Shown here: positions 1-10,592 of the stretch, piece by piece
Layout of the letters: each line of letters begins with the position of its first letter
Numbering within the stretch: position 1 is the stretch's first letter
From: Candidatus Cloacimonadota bacterium
GTDB lineage: Bacteria; Cloacimonadota; Cloacimonadia; Cloacimonadales; PWNZ01
Length of the DNA: 64,000 nt
Assembly (NCBI GenBank): GCA_003564155.1
Contig: PWOA01000042.1
Coordinates: forward strand, 12,445-76,444
Direction of reading: 5' to 3'
Notes under the pieces: model-generated
Databases searched by the model: none
What the model saw: only the letters and a program-made list of their open reading frames with translations
What the model was told of the DNA's origin: nothing
Position numbers and translations under genes: made by a program

Positions 1-1320
1 AAACAATTATCTAAAGACTTTTTTCGTGAATCTCAACCGGTTAGCATGAAAAACCTAAAGCGGAAAAAACGGTTTTATGGTATAATAGTTAATCATAGCC
101 AACTGCCTAACAATCATTCTAATGATTTAGTAAATGCTAAACCGATCGATGAAGTAGTCCTTTCTGTTTATCATAAACCTTATAGCTATACAGGAGAAGA
201 TGTCATAGAGATAAATTGTCATTGTAATGCCTTTATAATTAAAAATATTATGCAGGTAATATTACTTAATGCTCGTTTAGCCAAACCGGGAGAATTTACA
301 CAAAGAGCCTTTTTGAATAACAAAATTGATCTTACTCAAGCTGAGGCGGTTAGGGATATTATGAATGTAAAAACCGTTGCTTCTCATCAAGCAGCAATCT
401 CTCAGCTCGAAGGATCTCTTCATGAACATATCAAACATCTCTTAGATGAATTGACCAGTTATAGGGTAGAAGTAGAATTAGAGATAGACTTTAATGATCA
501 AGATGTAACAGAACTGGATATAGACAAACTCAAAATAAAACTCTCCAGACTTCAAGCAAAATTGCAACAACTTATTAAGTCAGGCAAAGAAGGAATCATA
601 ATCCGGGAGGGTTTAATTGTTTGTCTTGCCGGAGCTCCTAATGTAGGTAAATCCAGTCTCTTTAATAGTTTGCTAGAATCTGACAGAGCAATTGTAACCA
701 CTGCTCCAGGCACTACCAGAGATTTTCTAGAAGAATCTTTGTCAATTGATGGTTATCTGGTAAGACTCATTGACACAGCAGGTTTGAGGAAATCCGAAGA
801 ATATGTTGAAAGCTTAGGAATAGGAATCTCCTATGAGTTGATAAAAAAAGCCGACAAAGTTTTATATCTTGAAGACAGTAAGCAATCTTCCGAAGAGGAT
901 ATATTCTCAAATATTACCGATAAAGAATTAAACTCAAATAAGTTTATAAAAATCTTAAATAAATGTGATATTATTGATCAAAATACACAATGTCGTTATG
1001 TAGCACGTGGATTTCTTCCACTTTCGACAAAAACAGGTCTAGGTATAGATAAATTGAGAGAGAAACTATTAGAGGAATTAACCTTGGAAGAGAAAAATAT
1101 TGACGAAGGGATATTAACAAATATAAGACAGCTTAACGCAGCCGAAAAAGCCTTACACTCTTTGGAACAAGCATTAATGTCAATTGAGAAAGGGATGGGA
1201 CATGAATTCACTGCTTTTGATTTGAAAGTGGCAAGTGAATCTTTAGAGGAAATAATTGGTAAAGTTACCGATGAAGATATTCTAAACAAAATATTTAATG
1301 ATTTCTGTATCGGAAAATGA
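1..1320 (+). CDS. mnmE: tRNA modification GTPase MnmE (5' end probably outside the window)
   Basis: SYTGEDVIEINCH, P-loop GAPNVGKSS, PGTTRD, DTAG and C-terminal FCIGK. The frame is open from base 1, so the N-terminus is likely truncated. Confidence 0.97.
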   Translation, partial: KQLSKDFFRESQPVSMKNLKRKKRFYGIIVNHSQLPNNHSNDLVNAKPIDEVVLSVYHKPYSYTGEDVIEINCHCNAFIIKNIMQVILLNARLAKPGEFTQRAFLNNKIDLTQAEAVRDIMNVKTVASHQAAISQLEGSLHEHIKHLLDELTSYRVEVELEIDFNDQDVTELDIDKLKIKLSRLQAKLQQLIKSGKEGIIIREGLIVCLAGAPNVGKSSLFNSLLESDRAIVTTAPGTTRDFLEESLSIDGYLVRLIDTAGLRKSEEYVESLGIGISYELIKKADKVLYLEDSKQSSEEDIFSNITDKELNSNKFIKILNKCDIIDQNTQCRYVARGFLPLSTKTGLGIDKLREKLLEELTLEEKNIDEGILTNIRQLNAAEKALHSLEQALMSIEKGMGHEFTAFDLKVASESLEEIIGKVTDEDILNKIFNDFCIGK

Positions 1321-1396
1321 AGTGTAGGTCTGTCGATCACACAAATTTAATTATATTGACAGGAATATCAGAGAGGCTGAAATAAATATTGGGAGT

Positions 1397-2437
1397 ATGA
1401 CTATGATGAAAGATAGGGATAGAATATTAACTCCGGTTGAAGTGCAAACTGAAGCGGATTTTGATAGATCTCTTCGTCCTAAAAGCTTAGCAGAGTTTAC
1501 AGGTCAGCAAAAAATTAAGGACATTTTGGAGATTGCTATCGAAGCAACTAAAAGAAGAGGAGAGCCATTAGACCATATCCTATTCTATGGACCTCCTGGC
1601 CTAGGTAAAACTACTTTGGCTCATATTGTAGCTAACCAATTGGATGTCGAACTAAAAGTTTCTTCAGGTCCTGTCTTAGAAAGACCTTCCGATTTAACCG
1701 GGATATTAACAAATTTACAACGACATGATAATTTGTTTATTGATGAGATACACAGATTAAACCATGTTGTTGAAGAATATCTTTATCCCGCTATTGAAGA
1801 TTTTAGATTAGAAATAATTATTGATAGTGGACCAAACGCTCGTTCTTTTAGAATAGACCTGGAACCCTTTACTCTTATCGGAGCAACCACGCGTGCCGGT
1901 TTACTTACCAGCCCTTTAAGAGCAAGGTTTGGTATTACTTTAAGGTTGGATTACTACAATATTGCAAGCATTGAAAAAATACTCGCTCGCTCAGCTAAAC
2001 TACTATCTGTACCGTTGGACGATGCAGGAAGATTCGAAATTGCCAAGCGAAGCAGAGGAACACCAAGAGTTGCTAACAGGTTATTACGTAGAGTTAGGGA
2101 TTATGCTCAGGTTAAGGGCGATGGTTTGATTAATGGTGATATAGCAATTAGTGCTCTTAAGATGCTAGACGTCGATCATGCCGGATTGGATGAAATGGAT
2201 AAAAGAATCCTCATAGCTATTATTGAAAACTATCAAGGTGGTCCGGTTGGCTTAAAAACATTAGCTGTCGCTGTTGGTGAAGATCCTGGAACTATTGAAG
2301 AAATATATGAACCATATTTAATCCAACAAGGTTTTCTTGATAGAACTCCTCAAGGAAGAAAAACAACTTACAAAGCGTATAAACACTTCAATCTTGATTG
2401 CCCGGTAAACCAGTCTTCAATATTATTTGACGAATAA
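1397..2437 (+). CDS. ruvB: Holliday junction branch migration helicase RuvB
   Basis: [42 protein letters not shown] motifs. Confidence 0.99.
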   Translation: MTMMKDRDRILTPVEVQTEADFDRSLRPKSLAEFTGQQKIKDILEIAIEATKRRGEPLDHILFYGPPGLGKTTLAHIVANQLDVELKVSSGPVLERPSDLTGILTNLQRHDNLFIDEIHRLNHVVEEYLYPAIEDFRLEIIIDSGPNARSFRIDLEPFTLIGATTRAGLLTSPLRARFGITLRLDYYNIASIEKILARSAKLLSVPLDDAGRFEIAKRSRGTPRVANRLLRRVRDYAQVKGDGLINGDIAISALKMLDVDHAGLDEMDKRILIAIIENYQGGPVGLKTLAVAVGEDPGTIEEIYEPYLIQQGFLDRTPQGRKTTYKAYKHFNLDCPVNQSSILFDE

Positions 2438-2557
2438 TGATCAGTATCAAAGAGTAATCTTCAAATATCTTGAAAAAAATACTTGTCAAAGGTATATAAT
2501 TATTTTAGTTCGTATTATGCGATAAACTACAGTAAATAATCAAAAGAGGTTATAGTC

Positions 2558-3763
2558 GTGAAAACAAAACATATAATAATGACAGTAATTATAGTGGTTA
2601 TAGTAAATCTTGTATTTTATAAATATTATCCGCCTAAAATAGAAGACACTACTTCTCATTTGGTAGCAGGTATCCAAAATCACTATATGCCGGAAGAGGT
2701 AATTACTTCATCTGACAATAATAGGCAAATACAAAACAGTATTTCCGATAATTATAAATTGCAACGCAGTAATGCAGTAACAAAATCAGTAAAAAAAACA
2801 GAAGCTTCGGTAGTTAGTATAAATGTTATCAAAACTCAAGTAGTGCGACGTTCAACAAATCCATTTGATAATCCATTCTTTGGTTTTTTTGATTATCGTC
2901 CATATCGAAGAGAGGTTCAAAGTATTGGATCAGGTTTGATATACAATGAAGATGGTTACATTTTGACCAACTCCCATGTGGTGGAAGGTGCCACAGAAAT
3001 TAAAGTTATCTTAAATGACGGGAGTCAATACGAAGCAGGAATTATTGGGATGGATTCCGTGTTGGATATCGCAGTTTTAAAAATTGAAGAAACAGACCTA
3101 AATGCTATAACTTTGGGTCAATCAAACAACTTATTATTGGGGGAAACGGTAATTGCTATTGGTAATCCGTATGCTTTTTTAATAAAAGACAGTAAACCTA
3201 GTGTTTCAGTAGGTGTTATCTCAGCTGTTAATAGAAATTTTTCTCAAGATTCAGGTGGTAAAATTTATCAAGGTATGGTGCAAACAGATGCAGCAATTAA
3301 TCCAGGAAATAGTGGCGGACCCTTAATCAACATTTTAGGAGAAATGATAGGTATGAACACATTTATTTTCTCCGAATCTGGTGGCAGTATAGGTGTTGGT
3401 TTTGCTATACCAATTGATCGGATCATAAGAATTGCGGAAGAGATTATTGAGTATGGAAGAAGAAGACAAATCTGGTTTGGCTTTAAAATTCAGGATTTAA
3501 ATCCCATGATAGCTTCCTATTTAGAGTTAGATGATTTGAACGGTGTTATTGTGAGCTACATAGATCAGAATAGTCCTGCAGGTCAAGCCGACCTGAGGAG
3601 AGGTGATATAATCGTCAGGATTAATGAATATGAAGTTAATAATACTAATGATGCTGAAGTTGCTACTTTGGAAATTTCAATTGGTGAATCAATTGAGTTA
3701 GAAGTGATAAGAGCAGGTAGAAGACATACAATCGTTTTCCAAGCTGTTGAAACAAGAAATTAG
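2558..3763 (+). CDS. HtrA/DegP-family serine protease with one PDZ domain
   Basis: N-terminal TM segment, LTNSHVV (His), DIAVLKI (Asp), QTDAAINPGNSGGPL (Ser), C-terminal PDZ. GTG start with a GAGG RBS. Confidence 0.95.
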   Translation: MKTKHIIMTVIIVVIVNLVFYKYYPPKIEDTTSHLVAGIQNHYMPEEVITSSDNNRQIQNSISDNYKLQRSNAVTKSVKKTEASVVSINVIKTQVVRRSTNPFDNPFFGFFDYRPYRREVQSIGSGLIYNEDGYILTNSHVVEGATEIKVILNDGSQYEAGIIGMDSVLDIAVLKIEETDLNAITLGQSNNLLLGETVIAIGNPYAFLIKDSKPSVSVGVISAVNRNFSQDSGGKIYQGMVQTDAAINPGNSGGPLINILGEMIGMNTFIFSESGGSIGVGFAIPIDRIIRIAEEIIEYGRRRQIWFGFKIQDLNPMIASYLELDDLNGVIVSYIDQNSPAGQADLRRGDIIVRINEYEVNNTNDAEVATLEISIGESIELEVIRAGRRHTIVFQAVETRN

Positions 3764-3800
3764 AGATAGTAATTAACATCTATGATTAGAGGTCATTTAT

Positions 3801-4457
3801 TTGGATAAATTGCACAAAGTATTGAACAATAAAAATATACCACAATTAAAGCAAAGGTTTTTTTTGGTTGATAGCCAAAATTACGGTAAATCTCTTAGTT
3901 TTAAAGATATTTTTGACAATCAAAATCAATCGGTTTTGGAAATAGGTTGTGGAAGAGGAGAATTAATCTCCGGAATGTCTGAAGCTAATCCTCAGACAAA
4001 CTATTTAGGTGTTGAGCTTTCTTTGAAAAGGATTGCTTCAATTTTGAGGAACTTAGATATAAACCAAAACTCTAACGTAAGAATTATTAACAGTAAGGTC
4101 GATATAAATTTTTTATCCCTTATACCTGACTTCTCATTGCAAAAGGTTATTATACTTCATCCGGATCCATGGCCTAAAAAAAAGCACCATAAGAATAGGT
4201 TAATAAACCAAACTTTTTTAGAAATGTTATCAAATAAGCTAACTGGTTCCGGTCAAGTTCTCATAAGTACGGATGACCATAATTATGCTCAAGTTATCAT
4301 GGAATGTTTTGCAGCTAATGACCAATACAAATCTCAATATGAACATGGTTTTACCAGGGCGCCATTTTGGCCTGAATTGCCCACACATTTTGAAGTCAAA
4401 ATGATAAAGAAAGGGTTTTACCCTTATTACATGAAATACCTTGTTTTCAACCATTAG
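3801..4457 (+). CDS. trmB: tRNA (guanine-N7)-methyltransferase
   Basis: LEIGCGRG SAM motif, PDPWPKKKHHKNRL, STD, T.FE.K. Confidence 0.95.
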   Translation: MDKLHKVLNNKNIPQLKQRFFLVDSQNYGKSLSFKDIFDNQNQSVLEIGCGRGELISGMSEANPQTNYLGVELSLKRIASILRNLDINQNSNVRIINSKVDINFLSLIPDFSLQKVIILHPDPWPKKKHHKNRLINQTFLEMLSNKLTGSGQVLISTDDHNYAQVIMECFAANDQYKSQYEHGFTRAPFWPELPTHFEVKMIKKGFYPYYMKYLVFNH

Positions 4458-4472
4458 ATAATCAATAACGCT

Positions 4473-5660
4473 ATGTGCTCAGAATTATCGGAAATTTTTA
4501 AAAGAAGTATCGAACTCACAGAGAGAAATCTGTCACAATACGCGTGCAAAGATAGCAAAGCTTGGCGTTTAAAACAAGAAAATAAAAATGAATTGAGATC
4601 GGCTTTCGCCATTGATAGAGATCGGATACTTTACAGTGGTGCTTATCGGCGATATCAAGGAAAAACTCAAGTCTTTTCTTTTACGAACATGTTCGATGAA
4701 GAAATGACAAATAGAAGTTTACATACTACCTATGTATCGCAAATAGCTAGAACTATCGGTAAAGTATTACGGTTAAACTCGGAATTAATTGAAGCAATCG
4801 CCCTGGGACATGATTTAGGACATACTCCTTTCGGCCATGAAGGAGAACGAGCTTTAAATAAATGCTGCTTAAATTATGGAATCGGCAAATTCGAACATAA
4901 CATTGCCAGTCTTTATATCGTTGACTATATAACCAACCGGGGGCAAGGTCTAAATTTAACATTTCAAGTTAGAGACGGTATAATCTCACACAATGGAGAA
5001 ATTCACAATAGAGTGTTAAGCCCCCATTGGGGAAAATCTGATCATGATATTAAATATTATATTGATAGATCACTTATTAACACGAACACTGATCCGGAAA
5101 CTGATAATGATGCCATGTCAGATTATCAATGGATGCCTAACACACTCGAAGGTTGTGTCGTTAGAGTATCAGATACCATAGCATATATTGGAAAAGATAT
5201 TGAAGACGCCATTAGGTTTAATATTCTTAAAAGAGAGGACTTACCTTCTGAGTGTGTCAATTATTTCGGTAATACTAATAGAGAAATTGTTAACAAACTC
5301 ATTCGGGACGTTATTCTCAATAGTTATGGTAAAAGCTTTATTTCAATGAGTGAAGAAGCTTCTATGAATCTTATTAAACTAAAAAAATTCAATTATGAGA
5401 GAATTTACAAGAACCCTGTCATAAAAACTTATACAGGTATCGTTTACAGATCTATGGTCATACTATTTGATAAATATATAGATGATATTAATAAAAATAA
5501 TGCGGGGTCAAATATTTTCAAACACTTTTTAAACCATAAGAGTATCAAATATCTGGAAGCTTTTACGCCGGCTGAAAAAGTTCGAGATTTTATTGCAACT
5601 ATGACTGACAGATATTTTAATGAAGAGATAAAAGACTATTTAATACCCGGTAAATATTGA
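4473..5660 (+). CDS. dgt: HD-domain dNTP triphosphohydrolase (dGTPase-like)
   Basis: DRDRILYS, KTQVF, HDLGHTPFGHEGE, D.IAY..DIEDA, DFIATMTDRY. Confidence 0.9.
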   Translation: MCSELSEIFKRSIELTERNLSQYACKDSKAWRLKQENKNELRSAFAIDRDRILYSGAYRRYQGKTQVFSFTNMFDEEMTNRSLHTTYVSQIARTIGKVLRLNSELIEAIALGHDLGHTPFGHEGERALNKCCLNYGIGKFEHNIASLYIVDYITNRGQGLNLTFQVRDGIISHNGEIHNRVLSPHWGKSDHDIKYYIDRSLINTNTDPETDNDAMSDYQWMPNTLEGCVVRVSDTIAYIGKDIEDAIRFNILKREDLPSECVNYFGNTNREIVNKLIRDVILNSYGKSFISMSEEASMNLIKLKKFNYERIYKNPVIKTYTGIVYRSMVILFDKYIDDINKNNAGSNIFKHFLNHKSIKYLEAFTPAEKVRDFIATMTDRYFNEEIKDYLIPGKY

Positions 5661-5737
5661 CATTATATCTTATTTTTTTTATTATATACAGTAGTAACAA
5701 TTAAATCAATATACATAACAACAATAAGAGGATTTTT

Positions 5738-6845
5738 ATGGATTTAAACGACTTATTAGATGGAATGAAAAACTTAAAATCTAAACTGCTTGATCTACGG
5801 AGGTATCTTTGATGTAGAAGACGCTAAAAAAGGATTAGTCTCTTTACAACAAAAAAGTAACCAGCCCGGATTTTGGTCGAATCAAAACAAAGCTCAAAAC
5901 ATTTTAAGACAGATTAACACCAAACAAGATATAATCGACCGTGATGAGAAACTACTGAATATGGTTGATGAAATTGACACTTACATAAACCTTATGCAGG
6001 AGGATGACTCTGGTTTACTGTTCGAAGAAGCTTCCCAACAATACGTTGAATATAGTAAATTAGCTCAGAAGATGGAAATGGAATTCTTATTGGGCAAAGA
6101 AACAGATAAGAATGATGCTATGTTAGTTATTCATCCCGGAGCAGGTGGAACCGAATCTCAAGATTGGGCTGAAATGTTGATGCGCATGTATAAGAGATGG
6201 GCTGAAAGTAATGACTTTAGAGTTAGCATTGATGATCTACAACCTGGTGACGAAGCTGGAATTAAGAGCGTTACTATGGAAATAGGAGGAGATTATGCTT
6301 ATGGGTATTTGAAGTCAGAAATAGGTGTTCACAGGTTGGTAAGAATATCTCCTTTTAATGCCCAAGGGAAAAGACAGACTTCTTTTGCCTCCGTATTTGT
6401 CTATCCTATCATAGATGATAGCATAGAAATAGATATTAATACTAATGACTTAAAAATCGACACCTACCGGGCTAGTGGTGCTGGAGGGCAACACATAAAC
6501 ACAACCGACTCTGCCATAAGAATTACTCATATTCCCACAAATATTGTAGTTCAATGTCAGAAAGAACGGTCCCAAATAAAAAATAAAGAAACTGCTATGA
6601 AACTTCTTAAGTCGCGGCTTTACCGCTATTATGAAGAAAAATTGGAGGAAGAAAAACTTAAAACAGAAAAAAGCAAATCCGATATCGGATGGGGAAATCA
6701 AATCCGCTCTTATGTCTTTCATCCATATCAAATGGTTAAAGATCACCGTACAAATCATGAAACAGGCAATAGTGAAGCTGTATTAGATGGTGTTCTTGAA
6801 GATTTTATTTTTGCATATCTTAAATCACAAGCTACTGTTTCGTAA
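5738..6845 (+). CDS. prfB: Peptide chain release factor 2, translated via a programmed +1 frameshift at 5807-5812
   Basis: ATG 5738 reads MDLNDLLDGMKNLKSKLLDLRRYL, then TGA at 5810. The site CGGAGG-TAT-CTT-TGA matches the internal SD plus CUU-UGA slip site. The +1 frame has SPF and GGQ motifs. Confidence 0.97.
5798..5813 (+). promoter_or_regulatory. prfB autoregulatory frameshift site
   Basis: CGGAGGTATCTTTGAT: SD-like GGAGG three nt upstream of CTT-TGA. Confidence 0.95.
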
Positions 6846-6871
6846 CATTTACATAATACAATGAGGAAGTA

Positions 6872-7612
6872 ATGATGAACTACAAAGAATTAATCGCCAA
6901 GCTTGATAGGAACAGCCTTCCCAATCATATAGGCGTTATTATGGACGGTAATGGACGTTGGGCAAAAAAAAATAATACAACCAGGCTTAATGGCCATAAA
7001 AAAGGGGCAGGTGCAGTGAGAGAAATAGTCGAAGCAAGTGTAGAAGTAGGGTTAGAATATTTAACTATATATGCTTTCTCAACAGAAAACTGGCGTCGCT
7101 CCAAACAAGAAGTGCATGGGTTATTAAAATTAATCATGAATACTCTAATGCAAGAAATCGATGAACTCACAAAAAATAATATTGTTGTAAAGTTTATTGG
7201 CAGTCCCAAAGGATTATCTCAAAGTTATTATGATCAGATAGTCGAAAATTGTCGGAAAAGCTGGAATAATACCGGTCTTAATTTGAATGTTGCTATGAAT
7301 TATGGTGGGAGACAGGAAATAGTAGAAGCAGTCCAAAAGCTCGTCTCTGACTATTCAATCAACAAATTTCAAGCCGAAGACATTGATCGCTCTCTCATAC
7401 AGAAATATTTATATACTGATAATATACCTGATCCGGATCTATTGATCAGAACAAGTGGAGAACTACGTCTTTCAAATTTTTTAATCTGGCAATCTGCTTA
7501 TTCAGAATTATGGTTTACAGAAACCCTTTGGCCAGATTTTAATAGACAAGAATTCGTACAAGCTATCTTAGATTATCAAATGAGACAACGTAGATTCGGA
7601 GCTGCAAAATAA
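6872..7612 (+). CDS. uppS: Undecaprenyl diphosphate synthase (cis-isoprenyltransferase)
   Basis: IMDGNGRWA, YAFSTENWRR, NYGGR.EI, IRTSGE.RLSNFL.WQ, RRFG. Confidence 0.98.
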   Translation: MMNYKELIAKLDRNSLPNHIGVIMDGNGRWAKKNNTTRLNGHKKGAGAVREIVEASVEVGLEYLTIYAFSTENWRRSKQEVHGLLKLIMNTLMQEIDELTKNNIVVKFIGSPKGLSQSYYDQIVENCRKSWNNTGLNLNVAMNYGGRQEIVEAVQKLVSDYSINKFQAEDIDRSLIQKYLYTDNIPDPDLLIRTSGELRLSNFLIWQSAYSELWFTETLWPDFNRQEFVQAILDYQMRQRRFGAAK

Positions 7613-7653
7613 TTTAGTCGTACTATCCTAAAATTAATCATTTGGAGTAAGGA

Positions 7654-8454
7654 ATGAACGTAATAATGAAAAGAGTTTTAGTTTCTTTATTTTTTATCCC
7701 ATTAATAATACTGGCTTTATTCAATGGTGGCATATTACTACTGATTTTTCTATTACTTATTACTTTACTTTCTACATGGGAACTTAGAAATATGCTTGGT
7801 AATAAGATGCCGGCTGTTCCATTAATAATCATCCCTTTGAATGGTTTGTTTCTCTTTGTTTTTACCCTTATGGGTAATGATGGATTTCTTCTTTGTATAG
7901 TTCTTGTTTTCTGTACTATTGCTTTGAATGATGTCTTATTCAATCGAATCGAGAATGCAATAATTCGGATCTCTCTTAGTTTTTTTATAGTCTTTTATAT
8001 CGCATATACCCTATCTTTTGCTTATCATATAAGTAAAATCGAGGGTGGTAATTATTTATTAGTATCTCTCATAATAATTATCTGGACAACTGATACATTC
8101 GCGTATTTTTTTGGAACAGCACTAGGCAGACATAGAGGATATTTTAAGGTTAGTCCAAACAAGTCAGTCGAAGGATTCATATTTGGCTTTTTAGCAGCTG
8201 TAGCATCATCTTTTATTTTATATCATATCTTTTATGAACATTATTCACTTTACCAAGGCATAGCTTTAGGGCTTACAGCAGGCATTTTCGGTCAATTGGG
8301 AGATTTATGTGAATCATTGTTTAAGAGAGACTCTGGGGTTAAAGACAGTTCTACTATTATCCCCGGACATGGTGGTGTTTTAGATCGTTTTGACAGCTTC
8401 ATTATTTCTCTTCCCGTTTTTTATCTAGTTAACACACTTATAAGCTCTATTTAA
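7654..8454 (+). CDS. cdsA: Phosphatidate cytidylyltransferase
   Basis: Multi-TM protein with D.FAYF.G, SPNKSVEG, GDL.ES.FKR.GVKDS..IPGHGGVLDRFDS. Confidence 0.97.
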   Translation: MNVIMKRVLVSLFFIPLIILALFNGGILLLIFLLLITLLSTWELRNMLGNKMPAVPLIIIPLNGLFLFVFTLMGNDGFLLCIVLVFCTIALNDVLFNRIENAIIRISLSFFIVFYIAYTLSFAYHISKIEGGNYLLVSLIIIIWTTDTFAYFFGTALGRHRGYFKVSPNKSVEGFIFGFLAAVASSFILYHIFYEHYSLYQGIALGLTAGIFGQLGDLCESLFKRDSGVKDSSTIIPGHGGVLDRFDSFIISLPVFYLVNTLISSI

Positions 8455-8460
8455 CTCTAT

Positions 8461-10587
8461 ATGTACAATAATTTCATTACTCTTTTAATTCGTCTTTGGA
8501 GATTCTTTTCAAATACTAACTGCATCAAACACAATTTCTTGATCTTATTAGTATTGTTACTGAATCCAGTTGGTGCAACGAATCAGAGTGACAAAAAATT
8601 CGAACCCATAAATGTTTACCCGTTAGATTCTTTGTATCACAGATCTGATGATATGTTAACTGCGATATTGTCGAAATCCTCTAACTATTCTCATTTAGTG
8701 GACTGGCAAATTATCGGTGAAAGCAGTAATAAAAAATTCCCTATTTATGCTTTCTCAATTACAGGAACTGATTTGAATCAATCAAAACCGGCTGTGCTAT
8801 TTCATGGCCAACATCACGGTGAAGAACCTATAGGGGTTGAGATAGTGATGTATTTGAGCAAGTATCTATTATCGCAATATGAAAAAGATGATTTCATTAC
8901 CTATTTAATCGATAATTTCGAACTTTGGTTCATCCCAACATCTAATCCGGAAGGTTTTGAGATCGTTAATAGTGGGGAATACCGTTTGAAAAGAAAAAAT
9001 GAGACTGATACTAACATGAATGGAACAAGAGATTTAAATAAAGATGGTGTTGATCTGAATCGTAATTATCCTTTTAATTGGGAAGATGATGCATCTTTCG
9101 ATCCGGAAAGTCCATACTTCAAAGGGTTTGAGGCAGCTTGCCAAGCAGAAACTCAATCAATGATAAAGTTTTATAAAGATATTAATTTTGATTTGGCCTT
9201 TTTCTATCACAGCTCTGCTTCAGGTGCTTATTCAGAACGAATATTTTTCCCTTGGAAATGGGGTGATAAACTATCACCTGATTATCACGAAATGCATAAC
9301 TTGGCAACAACATTAGCTGCAAATTTACCAAAAACTTATCAAGAAGGATACTATAAAGCCCATACATTAAATACTTCTCAACGCAGTTTTGCCCGAGACT
9401 ATATTTACTCACAACATCGTACGTTAGCAATGTTGATAGAAGTTGGAGGTAATTCACCTTATGGAGAAGGAATTACTAATCCTCCTGATGAAGTATTAAA
9501 ATTCCATCTGCAGATGCAAACTAATGCTATGTTGAACTTGCTTAAAGAGTTTAGTCAAAACTTGCTAACAGTCAGAGTTGTTAATAATAATAATGAACCT
9601 TTACCGGAAGTTGAGGTATTTATTGATGGACGTGAAAGCTCTTATACTCAAAATATTGTCACTAATAAAGATGGTTATTTTCATGTTTATTTATTACCCC
9701 GAGAAAAACCTTATGAGTTCATTATCAAAGATGAACACTTCACATTTTTAAAAACAAATAATACAAGTGATATCCTCGAATTCCGTCTTGCCAGTAATAA
9801 AAAGGCCCCTAATTTACACCTTGAATCATTGAATAATAGAGAAGCAATTATCATGTTAGATACAAATCTTCAAAATTTCCCCGCATTGAAAGTCAAAGGG
9901 GAATATGATAGATTATCTATGTACTTATTAAATTGGCAAACAATAGCTTACTATAGAATAATTGATGTTCGTAATAATCAGATTAACATACCCTGGATTC
10001 CCACAAATGTTATAGATAAAGGTATACTTACTTTCCAAAACGAAAGTATCAATCCTTTAGCAGATAATATTGAACCGGCGAATAAAATTGTGTTCCTTAG
10101 TAAAGATGTTGAGAAATTAACGTATTGCATAGATAAATCAAATGTTAATCATTTTTACTTGCATCCAAAAATGAAAATCGGTATTGATTACTCTTTGTAT
10201 TATGAAGGCGGTAATAATTACTATATTGACAGCATAAAAATATGCGGACATTCTGAGGACAATCAAAGTAACCTATCCGTATCACTGTATGATGGACCCA
10301 ACCCTTTAATACATACTGTAGCTGACTATAAAGGCAACGAGATAACTTTTAATAAGGGTTGCTTATCGGCAGGAAGAAATAACCACTTTTTAGCCGAAAT
10401 CGAACCGCATATAATGTTACCGAATAATCTATATTTAGTAATATCTAATAATTCTGCAAATACAATCAGTATAGCTCATGATAAAGTAAATAGTGTTAAC
10501 TCAAAGCGTAGTCAAGTCTATTATTCCAGTTGGCAGAAACTAAGAAGCCCGGATTTAGCAGTTGAATTAATCTTAAAAAAGGAGTAA
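8461..10587 (+). CDS. Secreted M14 zinc carboxypeptidase with long C-terminal extension
   Basis: HHGEE (HxxE), P.SNPEG, RKN, GVDLNRNYP, FYHS, followed by a carboxypeptidase regulatory-like beta domain. Confidence 0.85.
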   Translation: MYNNFITLLIRLWRFFSNTNCIKHNFLILLVLLLNPVGATNQSDKKFEPINVYPLDSLYHRSDDMLTAILSKSSNYSHLVDWQIIGESSNKKFPIYAFSITGTDLNQSKPAVLFHGQHHGEEPIGVEIVMYLSKYLLSQYEKDDFITYLIDNFELWFIPTSNPEGFEIVNSGEYRLKRKNETDTNMNGTRDLNKDGVDLNRNYPFNWEDDASFDPESPYFKGFEAACQAETQSMIKFYKDINFDLAFFYHSSASGAYSERIFFPWKWGDKLSPDYHEMHNLATTLAANLPKTYQEGYYKAHTLNTSQRSFARDYIYSQHRTLAMLIEVGGNSPYGEGITNPPDEVLKFHLQMQTNAMLNLLKEFSQNLLTVRVVNNNNEPLPEVEVFIDGRESSYTQNIVTNKDGYFHVYLLPREKPYEFIIKDEHFTFLKTNNTSDILEFRLASNKKAPNLHLESLNNREAIIMLDTNLQNFPALKVKGEYDRLSMYLLNWQTIAYYRIIDVRNNQINIPWIPTNVIDKGILTFQNESINPLADNIEPANKIVFLSKDVEKLTYCIDKSNVNHFYLHPKMKIGIDYSLYYEGGNNYYIDSIKICGHSEDNQSNLSVSLYDGPNPLIHTVADYKGNEITFNKGCLSAGRNNHFLAEIEPHIMLPNNLYLVISNNSANTISIAHDKVNSVNSKRSQVYYSSWQKLRSPDLAVELILKKE

Positions 10588-10592
10588 ATAAG

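Noticed and set aside
5790-5812. TTG start for prfB given by the ORF track
   Set aside because: Artefact of the programmed frameshift; the real start is ATG 5738.
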